Below, piece by piece: positions 1 to 9,991 of a stretch of DNA of 64,000 bases. Each line of letters begins with the position of its first letter. The first letter of the stretch is position 1. This DNA is from Bdellovibrionota bacterium (lineage in GTDB: Bacteria; Bdellovibrionota_C; UBA2361; OMII01), in contig JBIJBE010000013.1 of the NCBI GenBank assembly GCA_044345405.1, positions 17,893 to 81,892 of the forward strand, in the 5' to 3' direction. The position numbers and the translations under genes were made by a program. Under the pieces are notes generated by a model that ran no database searches, was not told where the DNA came from, and was given only the letters and a program-made list of their open reading frames with translations.

Positions 1-427
1 CGCTGACGATGGACGTTTCAACGGATCCCGCGTAGAGCGCGTTCAAAAGGAGCGGCACGTTCGGATCGAGCGTAAAGAGACCTGTTTCGCGATGCGTGAT
101 TTGACGCGCAATTTTCAATACGAGCTCGGCGACCTTCGAAACCGCTACGGAACTAGCGCGCCGAGAACGTCCACGATACTTGGCTGATTTGCGAATCTCC
201 TCCTCAAGGGGGGCGATGAACGATTGGAGCGATTCCGATCGCTCGTTTATGACCTTGCGAACCTCAAACCCGCTCATCGGGCGAGGCTCTCGAACAGCTA
301 CCGCGCGGGTCAATTTAGTTTGAGGGGAAACACCGCCCGACTTGGCGACTTTGAGTGGAGATGTTCCATCCCCGTTAGCGTGTTCAGCTCCGTGCTGCTG
401 GGGGATCTCTTTCTCAACTACGCTCAT
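1..427 (-). CDS. Hypothetical protein, N-terminal part (runs off the left edge)
   Basis: Manual translation from ATG at 427 (MSVVEKEIPQQHGAEHANG...LLNALYAGSVETSIVS) is open to the window edge. Not in the ORF track because it has no stop. No family recognised. Confidence 0.55.
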   Translation of the reverse strand, partial: MSVVEKEIPQQHGAEHANGDGTSPLKVAKSGGVSPQTKLTRAVAVREPRPMSGFEVRKVINERSESLQSFIAPLEEEIRKSAKYRGRSRRASSVAVSKVAELVLKIARQITHRETGLFTLDPNVPLLLNALYAGSVETSIVS

Positions 428-836
428 GTCTTCCGGTAAACTACTAGGGTACATACGTTACCAAATTCCGGCGTCCTTCTGACCTTTCAGGACAACGCCG
501 AGAATGCTCGATCGACCACAAAACAACCAGCCTCCGCCTCCCCGAACCACCCTGGGGGCGCATAAGGTCACCTTCTTGAATATTTTCAGATAGTTCCCTA
601 TTGCTTTGGGTCGTTTTTTGGATCACTCTGCGGCCACTGGGGAGATGAAATCCCACCTGGAGCAGGCGGGATTTCTACCTCACTTTTGACGAAACTTTCA
701 ACCCATGTTGTGAAGTTCTCGACCGATTTCCGGTGGTTTGTACAAATCCCCCCACTTGGAATATAAAGCGGTGCTCTGGCAGAGGATTTGAGTCACTAAT
801 CTGTCAGCACGATTGTACATCAAAAAGAGGAAGTCC

Positions 837-2129
837 ATGGCAACCGAGATAAAGATGCCGCAACTGAGCGATACGATGAGTTCTGGTAAGATCCTTACCT
901 GGAAGAAGAAGGAAGGCGATCAGATAAGCCGTGGCGACATCCTTGCTGAAGTTGAGACCGACAAAGCGAACCTCGAGATCGAGTCGTTCTTCAACGGCGT
1001 TCTTTTGAAGATCCTCACCCCCGCAAACTCAACCGCTAAGGTTGGAGAGATCATCGCAGTCATCGGTGCCGCGGGAGAATCAGTTTCAGCCGGTTCGACT
1101 CCAGCGGCTTCCGCTCCAGCACCAACTCCAGCGCCAAAAGCGGCAGCTCCAGCGCCAACTCCATCGATACCAGCTCCCGCGGCTCCAACAGCTCCATTGA
1201 GCGTTGTGGCAGGCGGAGATCGTGTGAAGGCGAGCCCTCTCGCGAAGCGAGTGGCTGAGCAACTTCAGGTAAACCTCTCATCTGTCCAAGGCTCAGGACC
1301 AAACGGACGGATCATTCGACGCGATGTAGAGGCCGCGGCCGGTGGCTCCACCGCTCCAGAGTATCACCAAGCGCCGGCGCCTCAATACCACGCGGCGCCA
1401 GCTCCGACAGCGGCTCCAACCCCAGCAGCGGCGCCAACGCAACCTGGCGCGGGAACGTACACCGCCCTCTCCAAGATGCGCGAGACGATCGCTCGTCGTA
1501 TGCAGGAGAGCGTTAACACATCACCACACTTCTACTGCACGACCTCGATCAACATGGGAGAGGCGCTCCGACTTCGAGAGGTTCTTAAGGAACTTCCGGA
1601 GTACAAGGGCATCAGCGTCAATCACTTGGTAATAAAGGCGGCGGCATACGCCCTTAAGCGTGAGCCAAAGGTAAACGCCGCGATGAAGAATGAGCAGCTC
1701 TATCAGCCAGCTCAAATCAACATCGGTATCATCACCGCGATTCCAGATGGACTCCTTATTCCTGTCTTGAAGGAAGTTGATTCGATGAACCTTAAGGATG
1801 TTGTATTCGAGGCTCGCGCGGCGATTGAACGAGCTCGTGCTGGCCGCCCAAGCTCAACCGATCTCTCGGGTGGAACGTTCAGTATCTCCAACATGGGAAT
1901 GTTTGACGTTGAGAACTTCACGGCGATCATCAACCCTGGTCAGGGAGGTATTCTCGCCGTGAGCGCGGTTCAGAAGCAGCCGATCGTTCACAACGGGCAG
2001 ATCGTTGTTGGTTCCATCATGAAGGCTACCGTATCCGTTGATCACCGAATTATCGACGGCGTGATGTCGGCAACGTTCCTCAAGCACTTCAAGGAAGCGC
2101 TTGAGACCCCTGCCCTCCTCATGGCGTAG
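837..2129 (+). CDS. pdhC: Dihydrolipoamide acetyltransferase (pyruvate dehydrogenase E2)
   Basis: Lipoyl domain (MPQLSDTM...VETDKA), Ala/Pro linkers, E3-binding domain (ASPLAKRVA...GSGPNGRI), catalytic DHRIIDG. Start moved to ATG 837. Confidence 0.95.
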   Translation: MATEIKMPQLSDTMSSGKILTWKKKEGDQISRGDILAEVETDKANLEIESFFNGVLLKILTPANSTAKVGEIIAVIGAAGESVSAGSTPAASAPAPTPAPKAAAPAPTPSIPAPAAPTAPLSVVAGGDRVKASPLAKRVAEQLQVNLSSVQGSGPNGRIIRRDVEAAAGGSTAPEYHQAPAPQYHAAPAPTAAPTPAAAPTQPGAGTYTALSKMRETIARRMQESVNTSPHFYCTTSINMGEALRLREVLKELPEYKGISVNHLVIKAAAYALKREPKVNAAMKNEQLYQPAQINIGIITAIPDGLLIPVLKEVDSMNLKDVVFEARAAIERARAGRPSSTDLSGGTFSISNMGMFDVENFTAIINPGQGGILAVSAVQKQPIVHNGQIVVGSIMKATVSVDHRIIDGVMSATFLKHFKEALETPALLMA

Positions 2130-2157
2130 TTGAAAACCTAAAAAGCGGGTCTTTTGT

Positions 2158-3060
2158 ATGTCAGTTGAAGTTCCAAGAAATACAGAGAAGATCGTGAAAC
2201 CATCCTGGTTGAAGGTTCGAGCTCCTGGCTCACCTGAGTATCTTGAGACCCGCAAAATCGTGAAGACCCTCAATCTTCATACGGTGTGCGAGGAGGCTCA
2301 GTGCCCCAATATCGGAGAGTGCTGGTCTCATCACACCGCGACCTTCATGATCATGGGTGAGCTATGCACCCGGAAGTGCCACTTCTGCTCGGTAAAGAAG
2401 GGAAGCGCCGATACCCTCCAACCTCTCGATCCGTTCGAGCCAGAGCGTGTCGGTATCGCGGTGAAGGAGCTTGGTCTTAAGCACGCGGTTATTACCTCAG
2501 TAGACCGAGACGATGTGGCGGATAACGGCGCTCAACACTTCCTCAAAACCGTGAAGTCGGTTCGTACACACGCTCCAGGGTGCAAGATCGAATTGCTCAT
2601 TCCTGACCTGAAGGGGTCTCGCGCAGACCTCGAGACGATCCTCAGCGCTAAGATCGATGTGCTTAATCACAACGTAGAAACCGTGCCTCGTCTCTACAAG
2701 AAAGTTCGCCCAGGCGCAGGCTACATTCGGTCCCTTTCGATCCATCGTTGGGCTAAAGAGATCGATCCATCCGTAGTCACCAAGACCGGCATCATGGTCG
2801 GGCTCGGCGAAACGAAGGATGAGGTATTACGCTTGATGGACGATCTTCGCGCCATAGACATAGACGTTATGACGATCGGGCAATACCTTCGTCCAACGGA
2901 ACGACAACTTCCGGTCCGGGCCTTCATCACTCCTGATGAATTCAAGGAGTATGAAGAGGAGGGAATCAAGCGTGGCTTCAAGTTTGTCGAGTCAGGGCCC
3001 TTCGTTCGCAGCTCGTATCACGCTTGGAAGCACACCGCGGATATCGCGGTACGAGAGTAG
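2158..3060 (+). CDS. lipA: Lipoyl synthase
   Basis: CEEAQCPNIGEC auxiliary-cluster motif, CTRKCHFC radical-SAM motif, C-terminal RSSY. Confidence 0.97.
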   Translation: MSVEVPRNTEKIVKPSWLKVRAPGSPEYLETRKIVKTLNLHTVCEEAQCPNIGECWSHHTATFMIMGELCTRKCHFCSVKKGSADTLQPLDPFEPERVGIAVKELGLKHAVITSVDRDDVADNGAQHFLKTVKSVRTHAPGCKIELLIPDLKGSRADLETILSAKIDVLNHNVETVPRLYKKVRPGAGYIRSLSIHRWAKEIDPSVVTKTGIMVGLGETKDEVLRLMDDLRAIDIDVMTIGQYLRPTERQLPVRAFITPDEFKEYEEEGIKRGFKFVESGPFVRSSYHAWKHTADIAVRE

Positions 3061-3067
3061 CAACTAA

Positions 3068-3802
3068 ATGGCGGCCATGAGCGTTACTTCCAGCGACCAT
3101 CGCGGCGAACTGTACCTTATTCCCAACCTCCTCGGCGAAACGGCTCTCGACTCATCTCTTCCACCGGTCATAGCGACGATTACCGCCTCCATCTCTCACT
3201 TCGTGGTTGAAGAGGAGAAATCGGCGCGGCGCTTCATTAAACTTCTCTGTCCAGATCGTGTCATTCGGGAGCTCTCCCTCCAGGTACTCAACGAGCACAC
3301 GAAGCCTCACGAAATCGATGCGCTCACAGCCCCACTCCTTCAAGGCCATAACGTGGGGATTATCTCGGAGGCTGGATGCCCCGCTATCGCGGATCCTGGC
3401 GCCGAACTCGTCCGTCGCGCGCACGAACTTGGCATCGCTGTTCGTCCCCTCGTAGGCCCCTGCTCGATGACGCTTGCCCTGATGGCGTCCGGTTTTAACG
3501 GGCAACGGTGGCGGTTCGTAGGCTATCTCCCGATCGAAGGGGGCGCTCGTAAGGACACGATCCGCGCTCTGGAAAAAGATCTCTATGAACATCAGGAAAC
3601 TCAGATCGTGATGGACACTCCGTATCGCAATCAGAAGCTCTTTGAGGAGCTCCTCACGACATGCAGACCCGAGACCCGTATCTGCATAGCGTCTGCCCTC
3701 ACCACCGAACAGGAATCGATAGCGGTTCGCTCGGTACACGAGTGGCGTGCCATGGGATTCACAGTACCCAAATCCCCGGCGATCTTCCTCTTGGGTCGAT
3801 AG
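3068..3802 (+). CDS. Tetrapyrrole-methylase-family SAM-dependent methyltransferase (RsmI/YraL-like)
   Basis: LYLIPNLLG, ISEAGCPAIADPG, PLVGPCS..LALMASG, F.GYLP and TPYRN motifs. Confidence 0.85.
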   Translation: MAAMSVTSSDHRGELYLIPNLLGETALDSSLPPVIATITASISHFVVEEEKSARRFIKLLCPDRVIRELSLQVLNEHTKPHEIDALTAPLLQGHNVGIISEAGCPAIADPGAELVRRAHELGIAVRPLVGPCSMTLALMASGFNGQRWRFVGYLPIEGGARKDTIRALEKDLYEHQETQIVMDTPYRNQKLFEELLTTCRPETRICIASALTTEQESIAVRSVHEWRAMGFTVPKSPAIFLLGR

Positions 3803-4170
3803 CGGTCACGCGTCCTCAAGGACGAGGCACTTATCCCAGAAAAATAAGCATCTTACCCACCGTTTCTTACCCACGGCAGGGTTCCAACTTGGCTCCAGAG
3901 GTAGTAAAACACCTTGTACTTTGAGGTGGGCTCAGACGACGCATCGTTAGCGACGCGTTACCGCCCGGAACGAAGTGACGTAGCCGTAGGGTACCGATAC
4001 ATGTCGTCTATCGCGCCTTCTCAAACTCTGGCCATACTCTCACGGAGATCTCTTCGATCCCGCGCGCTCTCTTTCTCTTTCTCGCCTCGATTCCGGTCCC
4101 CCTCGTTCCCGCCTACTTCCTCGGATCTCATTCATTCCCGGTATCGCTGTACCCCTGAACGACGAACCGC

Positions 4171-7100
4171 ATGAAGCGTATCTCTGGAAACATCCTTGCT
4201 CTATTCGGACTCATCCTCGGTTTGGTGAGCGGGCTTGGGGTCGTTACGCTTAAACGATACATCATCGGAGAGATCGTCCAAGCCCTTAACGAGGAGGTGG
4301 CGACATCGTGCAAAACGTGTTCGCTCTCATATGACTCATTCTCGCTCTCGTTCTTAACTCTCTCGGGCAAAGTTACGGGCGTCAAACTCCTCGACAACGG
4401 GACCCCGAAGCTCACCTTTGACAAGATAACCGCGACCTTCAGCATCAACGAAATCCTCGATCAAAAGGTTTACCTTGAGACCCTCATTCTCTCGGATGGA
4501 CACGCTGATGGTGTGGGACCCGACTCCCCCACCTTCCGCTTCATCGAACAGATAACGTCACCCCTACCACCGGAGCTCGCCAACCAGCCGCGATGGCGCG
4601 CGATCCTCAACAACCTTGAGATCCGAACGACCTCGCTTCGAGAATCGTTCGGGATGAGCGAGCTGTATGGTCACAACCTCTCCCTCTTTGTTAAACGGAT
4701 CGGCGAGGAGTTCGTTATTCTTCCTGAGCTTAAAGACCTTCGCTACCGTTCGTTCCTCAATGAGGAAAAGACAGAGGTGCAGGAGCTCCCCCTGGGCCAA
4801 TTAACCGGATCCGTGGTCATCGAAGAGAATCAAGCCGTCTTCAACGGATTAAAACTTGGGCGAGATATCTCAACGGTCGATCTCAAAGGAGCCGCGGATA
4901 CCGCGCATGGGGACGCGCTATCAGGTAGCGCGGCGTACACTATCGACGCTCAATATGTTGGGATCCCCTCGTGGCTTCAAGGTCTCCTGACGGGAACCGG
5001 ATCGCTGAAAGGAACACTCGGAAGCCCCATCATTGAAGGCTCGCTGACCCACGCGGAATCAGCGCCACTCACCCTCGCGTTCCCTCACGCGTCACCAGTC
5101 AAGTTGTCATCCATCAAAGGAGACCTCTCGGTCGACGTCAATCACGGAGACCCTGTTGTAACCCTCCGAAACATCGCGGGAACCGGGGACAAATCAAAAT
5201 TGACCGGCACTCGACCACTCGTATTCTCTGATGAAGGGCTCTCCGCTGGATTTGACGTAGCACTCCCCTCGTTCACCTATGGTCCGTTCTCAGTACATGA
5301 CGCGTCCGCCACTATTTCGGTGCGACCCAGTGGAAAAGACACCATCACAACCTTTGTCGTTCAAGCCGCGGATCTTAAAGTTCAAGGAACCTCTCTTGGA
5401 CCGGTAAAGATTAACCTCGCCCTTGAGCCGCGTGGCATCTCGGTAAAGGTTGATTCTAGTGACCCTCGATACGGAACTCTTCGTTGGGACGGGTTCATCG
5501 ATACTGTTGGAGCGGAGCCCTTCCTCAAAGATGGAAAGCTACTCCTTGAGAACTATCGCTATCCCCAAACCAGCCCACCGGATCCCTCTCGCCTTAGTCC
5601 GATTCAACTCACAACCTCACTACCACTCTCTGGTCCTCTCGATCTCGCCAAGCTCGCGGGAGAAGGCCCCACAACAGTCGCGATTCCAGATTTTGGTCTT
5701 GGTCTCTCGATGAGCGGCAAAACAACGCTCAAGGATGGCAACCTCCTCGTGAACCTTCCAACATCCACGCAGCAGGCCTCGATGAATCTGAAGCTTGATG
5801 TGGCGCGAACGTTCAACGGCAAGCTACAGATGGCGCTACCCGCCTCTCCGCTCTCCAGCTTTGTTCAGGAGGCTGACTGTGGCGTCATCGACGCGTCTCT
5901 CGATTACAACTTCAGCATGTCCGCTCCACTCGGAGGCTCAGGCAACCTGATATTGGGAGACTTCTATGTAGGATGCGAGCCGTACGTTCTTCGCGTTCCT
6001 AAGAACACGACCTTGCCGATAACAGTTGGCGCGCTCCGATTTAAAAATACCCGTCTCTCGAGCGGAGACACGGCGCTCATTCTCGATGGGTCTCTTGGTT
6101 TCGAGCCGGGGTTCGATCTCTCTCTCACCGGAGATCTCCACCTTAGCTCCCTTCTCCCTCTTCTCCCCTCCGTCGATAACTTACGGGGACTCCTCTCCAC
6201 CAAGGTCTCTATCAAAGGACCTCTCGCCATGCCACGCTTCTTAGGAACGGCTGCCCTCTCTGATGGAGAGCTCGCGGTCGCGTCACCCGACATAGGGGCC
6301 CATGATGTTAAGGGACGTTTTGTTCTTTCCGAGGATACGATCAAGATAGACAGTTTGACGGGCTCGGCGAACTCCGGCTCCTTCGTGGTAAAGGGAAGTC
6401 TTGTCCCCTTTAACTGGCCGAACTCTCGCATGACCGCCGAACTAAAGGAGGTCACGATTGAGCCCGCGGCGGACGCCTCTATCACCTTCTCAGGCAACCT
6501 CGCTCTAGGCCCGAATAAAAATAAACACCAAACGCTCTCGGGAGACATCGGAATCGACTTCGCCGAGATCTCCAAGGATTTCGATCTCAACAAGATCCTC
6601 GTTCAAACTATCAAAGGGTACTTCATTCCCGCGCGCGTCCAGCCTCAGATCAGTAAGAAGCCGGTCTCGCTTGACCTCGACGTAAAATTCTCCGCGCCTC
6701 GAAATATATTCGTGCTCACCCCTTTCTTCAGCGCGGAACTCAACGCGAACATTTACGCGGGTGGCACCACAGCGGACCCCGCGCTCAATGGCTCGATGCA
6801 ACTTTTAAGTGGATGGGTTGGACTTAAAGGAAATCGATTCGACGTCACATCAGGAAGTCTCACCTTCAAGCCAGGCTCATTAACTCCTACCATTGAGATC
6901 GCGAGCGAGGGGAATCTTCGAGCGCCAACTGGTGAGAGCGTGCTCGTGATTCTTGAGGCGTCCGGTCCCCTCACCGCTCCTCGCATCGCGCTGTCATCTG
7001 ATCGCGGACTGTCGCAAGAAGATCTCTTGCTCTTAATCACCTCCTCGCGGTCACTCACAGGACGAACGATGGCGAATCGGGTGGGAAATCAGTTCGCGCA

Positions 7101-9897
7101 AGACCAGCGATACTTCCTTTCCGAGGACTCGTTCAGCAGCGTTGAGGCGTTCTTCCGAAACCTCACCAAGATCGACACCCTCTCCTTCGAACCAACCTAC
7201 AATCCCTATACCGGTCTGGTAGAGCCGGCCGTCGTGGCGAAAAAGACACTGACGCCACGATTCGCGTTCGTCGGAAACAGCCTCTTTAGTAGCGTCAGCA
7301 ATTCAAAGGTAGGCGCGGTGTACAACCTCACACCGAATCTCGACGTCAACGGATTTATCCAGTCTGTGAGCACACAGCAAAACCTTATCTTAAGTTCAGA
7401 TCTGACCTATACCATTCTCGCCGAACAAGCGGTTCTGGTGGATATAAAGGTTCAAGGCGCGGATCGAACGGATGAGCAGGATATTCTTAGCGCCGCTCGT
7501 ATCGGTTCGGATTCACGAATACAAAACAATCCGGAGAGCCTGGCGACCATCCAACGAAACATCACCAGCTACCTCCACGATCAGGGCCTTCTCGGGGCGA
7601 CGGTGGATGTCTCCTGTCGCCTAGCCGATCATTTCTGCAAGCAACTCCTGATTACGATTAACGAGGGGGCCCCCTTTACGATCGGAGAGACGCGCGTAGA
7701 GGGTAACACCCTCCCTGATACGATCACTTCTATCATGAGGTCTGTGGCCCCCCCCGGAACCGCGGCGCTTGGATCTGTAACCCAGCAGCTTGAGCGAAAA
7801 CTAGTACTGGCGTTACGAAATGAAGGGTACATAGCGGCTCGAATAACACCTCTCTACGTCCATACCGATACGCCTCATACAGTTGATCTCGTCGTAAAGA
7901 GCGACCTACGGGAACCGATATCGTTCAAGTTCTCGGGAAATACGGTTTTTACCGACGAACAGTTCCTCGACTCTATTGAGCTCTTTTCTCGAAAGCGTCC
8001 GTTCGGAAACAATACCGTCAAATTGCTAGTTCAAAATATCGAGCAGATGTATCAGGCCGCCGGATACCTTTTCGCCCAGGTCTCCTACACCGAGGATCGC
8101 ACTGATACACAACGACTCGTGTACACCATCACCATCTCTGAGGAAGCTCAAACTAAGGTGCGAGAGTTAAAGCTCGTTGGCAATGACTCACTCTCGGAGA
8201 AAAAGATTAAAAAGGAGATGCGAGACCTCGGCCTCACCGAGCAAATTGAGCTCCTGAAGCCCACCTACGCTATTCCAGCTCAACTTGAAACACTCAAGAC
8301 GATCATCGAGACGGTCTATCAACAGGAGGGGTTCCCCAACGTTCAAGTCTCCTACACAATAGAGCCCGTTGAAAACGGCACCGCTCTCGACATCAACTAC
8401 CACGTGGTGGAGGGAGAGCCTCTGCGAATTCAGAGCCTTTCCGTCAAAGGCTTTCCGGGCGACATCAAGATTCGAGAAGCGCCTCCGACGCCAGCCTCCT
8501 TGCCAGCAATCAACCAATACATCGAGCATCTTGTGGCTCAACTCGAAGAAGAGGGCTTCATGGCGCCGACTATCGATGTCGACCCCTCACCTGACACCGC
8601 GCACGTCGACTTCTTGATAGATCCAGGGCCTCGTTCAATCATCTCATCGGTGACCGTTGAGGGCCTCTCGCTCATCGATGAGTCAGTCGCCCGTAAATAC
8701 ATCCTTCTTGAGCCAGGCAAGCCCTTCCGCACCGAGGATGTGAACGCTTCCAAACGCGAGCTCCTTCGCTCCGGCCTCTTCTCCCGGGTGGAGGTAGTGC
8801 CAAGTGACGGCTCCTTCGACCATCCAAAAGAGGCGATAACAGTACGCCTCGCCGAGCGAGCGCTTGAGACGCTGGAGGTGGGAACGGGCGCCAATTCAGA
8901 GTTCGGGCTCCATGTGTTCGGGGAAGCGGTCGATAAGTCGTTCTTCGCTGATGGACGAACCCTTTCAACGCGAATCGACACCTACTTTGATCAAGCTCAG
9001 ATTAATCCGAATGGATCCAGCGCTATCAGTCAGGGATTCGCGAACGTACGGTACATGGACCCGTTCTTCCTCGGCTCGCAATACGCGCTCACCGAGGAAT
9101 TGCGTTTTCAACGCCAAGAGCTTTCTACGCAGGAATTCAATCTGGATCGTATGACCTTCGCGTCCTACCTCTTCAGACAGTTCGAGTCACGAGTCACCTT
9201 TACCGGAGGTCACTCCCTCACCCTCGACAACTTGAACGATGTAAATCCTGGCGCGGTTATCACTCCGCTCGACACGGGCCATGTTCGGTTAAGCTTTCTC
9301 TCCGGCTTGTTGAAGTTCGACACCCGCGACGATCCCCTCACTCCTCACAACGGGTACACATTCACGGTCGAGCCAAAGCTCTCATTCCAGCAGATAGGAT
9401 CAGAGGCTAACTTCGGCGGAATCCTCTCTAAAGCGACTGGGATCGTTCCGTTGGAGAGGATCCTCTCGCCTCGATTCTCTCTTGGATTGGGTCTATCAGG
9501 TGGGATCGCGCAACCGTGGGGCGACACGGTGGGAATCCCTATCACCCAGCGATTCTATCTCGGTGGTCGTACAACCGTTCGCGGATTCAAGGAGAACTCG
9601 CTTGGTCCTCTGGGCGATAACGGAGCGGTCATCGGTGGAGACACCCTCCTCATGGAGAAAAACCAGTTCCAATACCTGGTGACGGACTCCTTCAGTACAC
9701 ACACCTTTGTCGATATCGGCAACGTGTTCCTCCGCCACGAAAGCTTTGACCTTGCGGACCTCCGCTCAAGCACCGGCTTCGGATTCCAGTACATATCCCC
9801 TATCGGTCCTATCGGTTTTGACGTGGGGTACCCACTCGATAGAAAACCAAACGAGGATGTGTATCGGATTCACTTCTCCGTCGGTAGTACCTTCTAG
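4171..9897 (+). CDS. TamB (AsmA-like/DUF490) fused to POTRA repeats and an Omp85 (BamA/TamA-type) beta-barrel
   Basis: N-terminal TM anchor; long Gly-rich beta-repeat region; DUF490-like block (GGTTADPALNGSMQL...LSSDRGLSQEDLLLLI); about six POTRA-like repeats; barrel motifs RFYLGG.TTVRGF, SPIGPIGFDVG and C-terminal FSVGSTF. Confidence 0.85.
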   Translation: MKRISGNILALFGLILGLVSGLGVVTLKRYIIGEIVQALNEEVATSCKTCSLSYDSFSLSFLTLSGKVTGVKLLDNGTPKLTFDKITATFSINEILDQKVYLETLILSDGHADGVGPDSPTFRFIEQITSPLPPELANQPRWRAILNNLEIRTTSLRESFGMSELYGHNLSLFVKRIGEEFVILPELKDLRYRSFLNEEKTEVQELPLGQLTGSVVIEENQAVFNGLKLGRDISTVDLKGAADTAHGDALSGSAAYTIDAQYVGIPSWLQGLLTGTGSLKGTLGSPIIEGSLTHAESAPLTLAFPHASPVKLSSIKGDLSVDVNHGDPVVTLRNIAGTGDKSKLTGTRPLVFSDEGLSAGFDVALPSFTYGPFSVHDASATISVRPSGKDTITTFVVQAADLKVQGTSLGPVKINLALEPRGISVKVDSSDPRYGTLRWDGFIDTVGAEPFLKDGKLLLENYRYPQTSPPDPSRLSPIQLTTSLPLSGPLDLAKLAGEGPTTVAIPDFGLGLSMSGKTTLKDGNLLVNLPTSTQQASMNLKLDVARTFNGKLQMALPASPLSSFVQEADCGVIDASLDYNFSMSAPLGGSGNLILGDFYVGCEPYVLRVPKNTTLPITVGALRFKNTRLSSGDTALILDGSLGFEPGFDLSLTGDLHLSSLLPLLPSVDNLRGLLSTKVSIKGPLAMPRFLGTAALSDGELAVASPDIGAHDVKGRFVLSEDTIKIDSLTGSANSGSFVVKGSLVPFNWPNSRMTAELKEVTIEPAADASITFSGNLALGPNKNKHQTLSGDIGIDFAEISKDFDLNKILVQTIKGYFIPARVQPQISKKPVSLDLDVKFSAPRNIFVLTPFFSAELNANIYAGGTTADPALNGSMQLLSGWVGLKGNRFDVTSGSLTFKPGSLTPTIEIASEGNLRAPTGESVLVILEASGPLTAPRIALSSDRGLSQEDLLLLITSSRSLTGRTMANRVGNQFAQDQRYFLSEDSFSSVEAFFRNLTKIDTLSFEPTYNPYTGLVEPAVVAKKTLTPRFAFVGNSLFSSVSNSKVGAVYNLTPNLDVNGFIQSVSTQQNLILSSDLTYTILAEQAVLVDIKVQGADRTDEQDILSAARIGSDSRIQNNPESLATIQRNITSYLHDQGLLGATVDVSCRLADHFCKQLLITINEGAPFTIGETRVEGNTLPDTITSIMRSVAPPGTAALGSVTQQLERKLVLALRNEGYIAARITPLYVHTDTPHTVDLVVKSDLREPISFKFSGNTVFTDEQFLDSIELFSRKRPFGNNTVKLLVQNIEQMYQAAGYLFAQVSYTEDRTDTQRLVYTITISEEAQTKVRELKLVGNDSLSEKKIKKEMRDLGLTEQIELLKPTYAIPAQLETLKTIIETVYQQEGFPNVQVSYTIEPVENGTALDINYHVVEGEPLRIQSLSVKGFPGDIKIREAPPTPASLPAINQYIEHLVAQLEEEGFMAPTIDVDPSPDTAHVDFLIDPGPRSIISSVTVEGLSLIDESVARKYILLEPGKPFRTEDVNASKRELLRSGLFSRVEVVPSDGSFDHPKEAITVRLAERALETLEVGTGANSEFGLHVFGEAVDKSFFADGRTLSTRIDTYFDQAQINPNGSSAISQGFANVRYMDPFFLGSQYALTEELRFQRQELSTQEFNLDRMTFASYLFRQFESRVTFTGGHSLTLDNLNDVNPGAVITPLDTGHVRLSFLSGLLKFDTRDDPLTPHNGYTFTVEPKLSFQQIGSEANFGGILSKATGIVPLERILSPRFSLGLGLSGGIAQPWGDTVGIPITQRFYLGGRTTVRGFKENSLGPLGDNGAVIGGDTLLMEKNQFQYLVTDSFSTHTFVDIGNVFLRHESFDLADLRSSTGFGFQYISPIGPIGFDVGYPLDRKPNEDVYRIHFSVGSTF

Positions 9898-9991
9898 AGG
9901 CTATTTGCGCCCTATCCCAATTGGACGTATGGTTATCGGAACGTTTGCCGATGTGTCGGCATCTTTTCTATGAGTCTTCGAGTACCGTACC

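Noticed and set aside
1080-1450. Repetitive GCTCCA/CCAGC-rich DNA in pdhC
   Set aside because: It encodes the normal Ala/Pro linkers of E2 and is not an independent repeat.
4040-4135. Pyrimidine-rich tract before the TamB-Omp85 gene
   Set aside because: No periodicity or structure that I can support.
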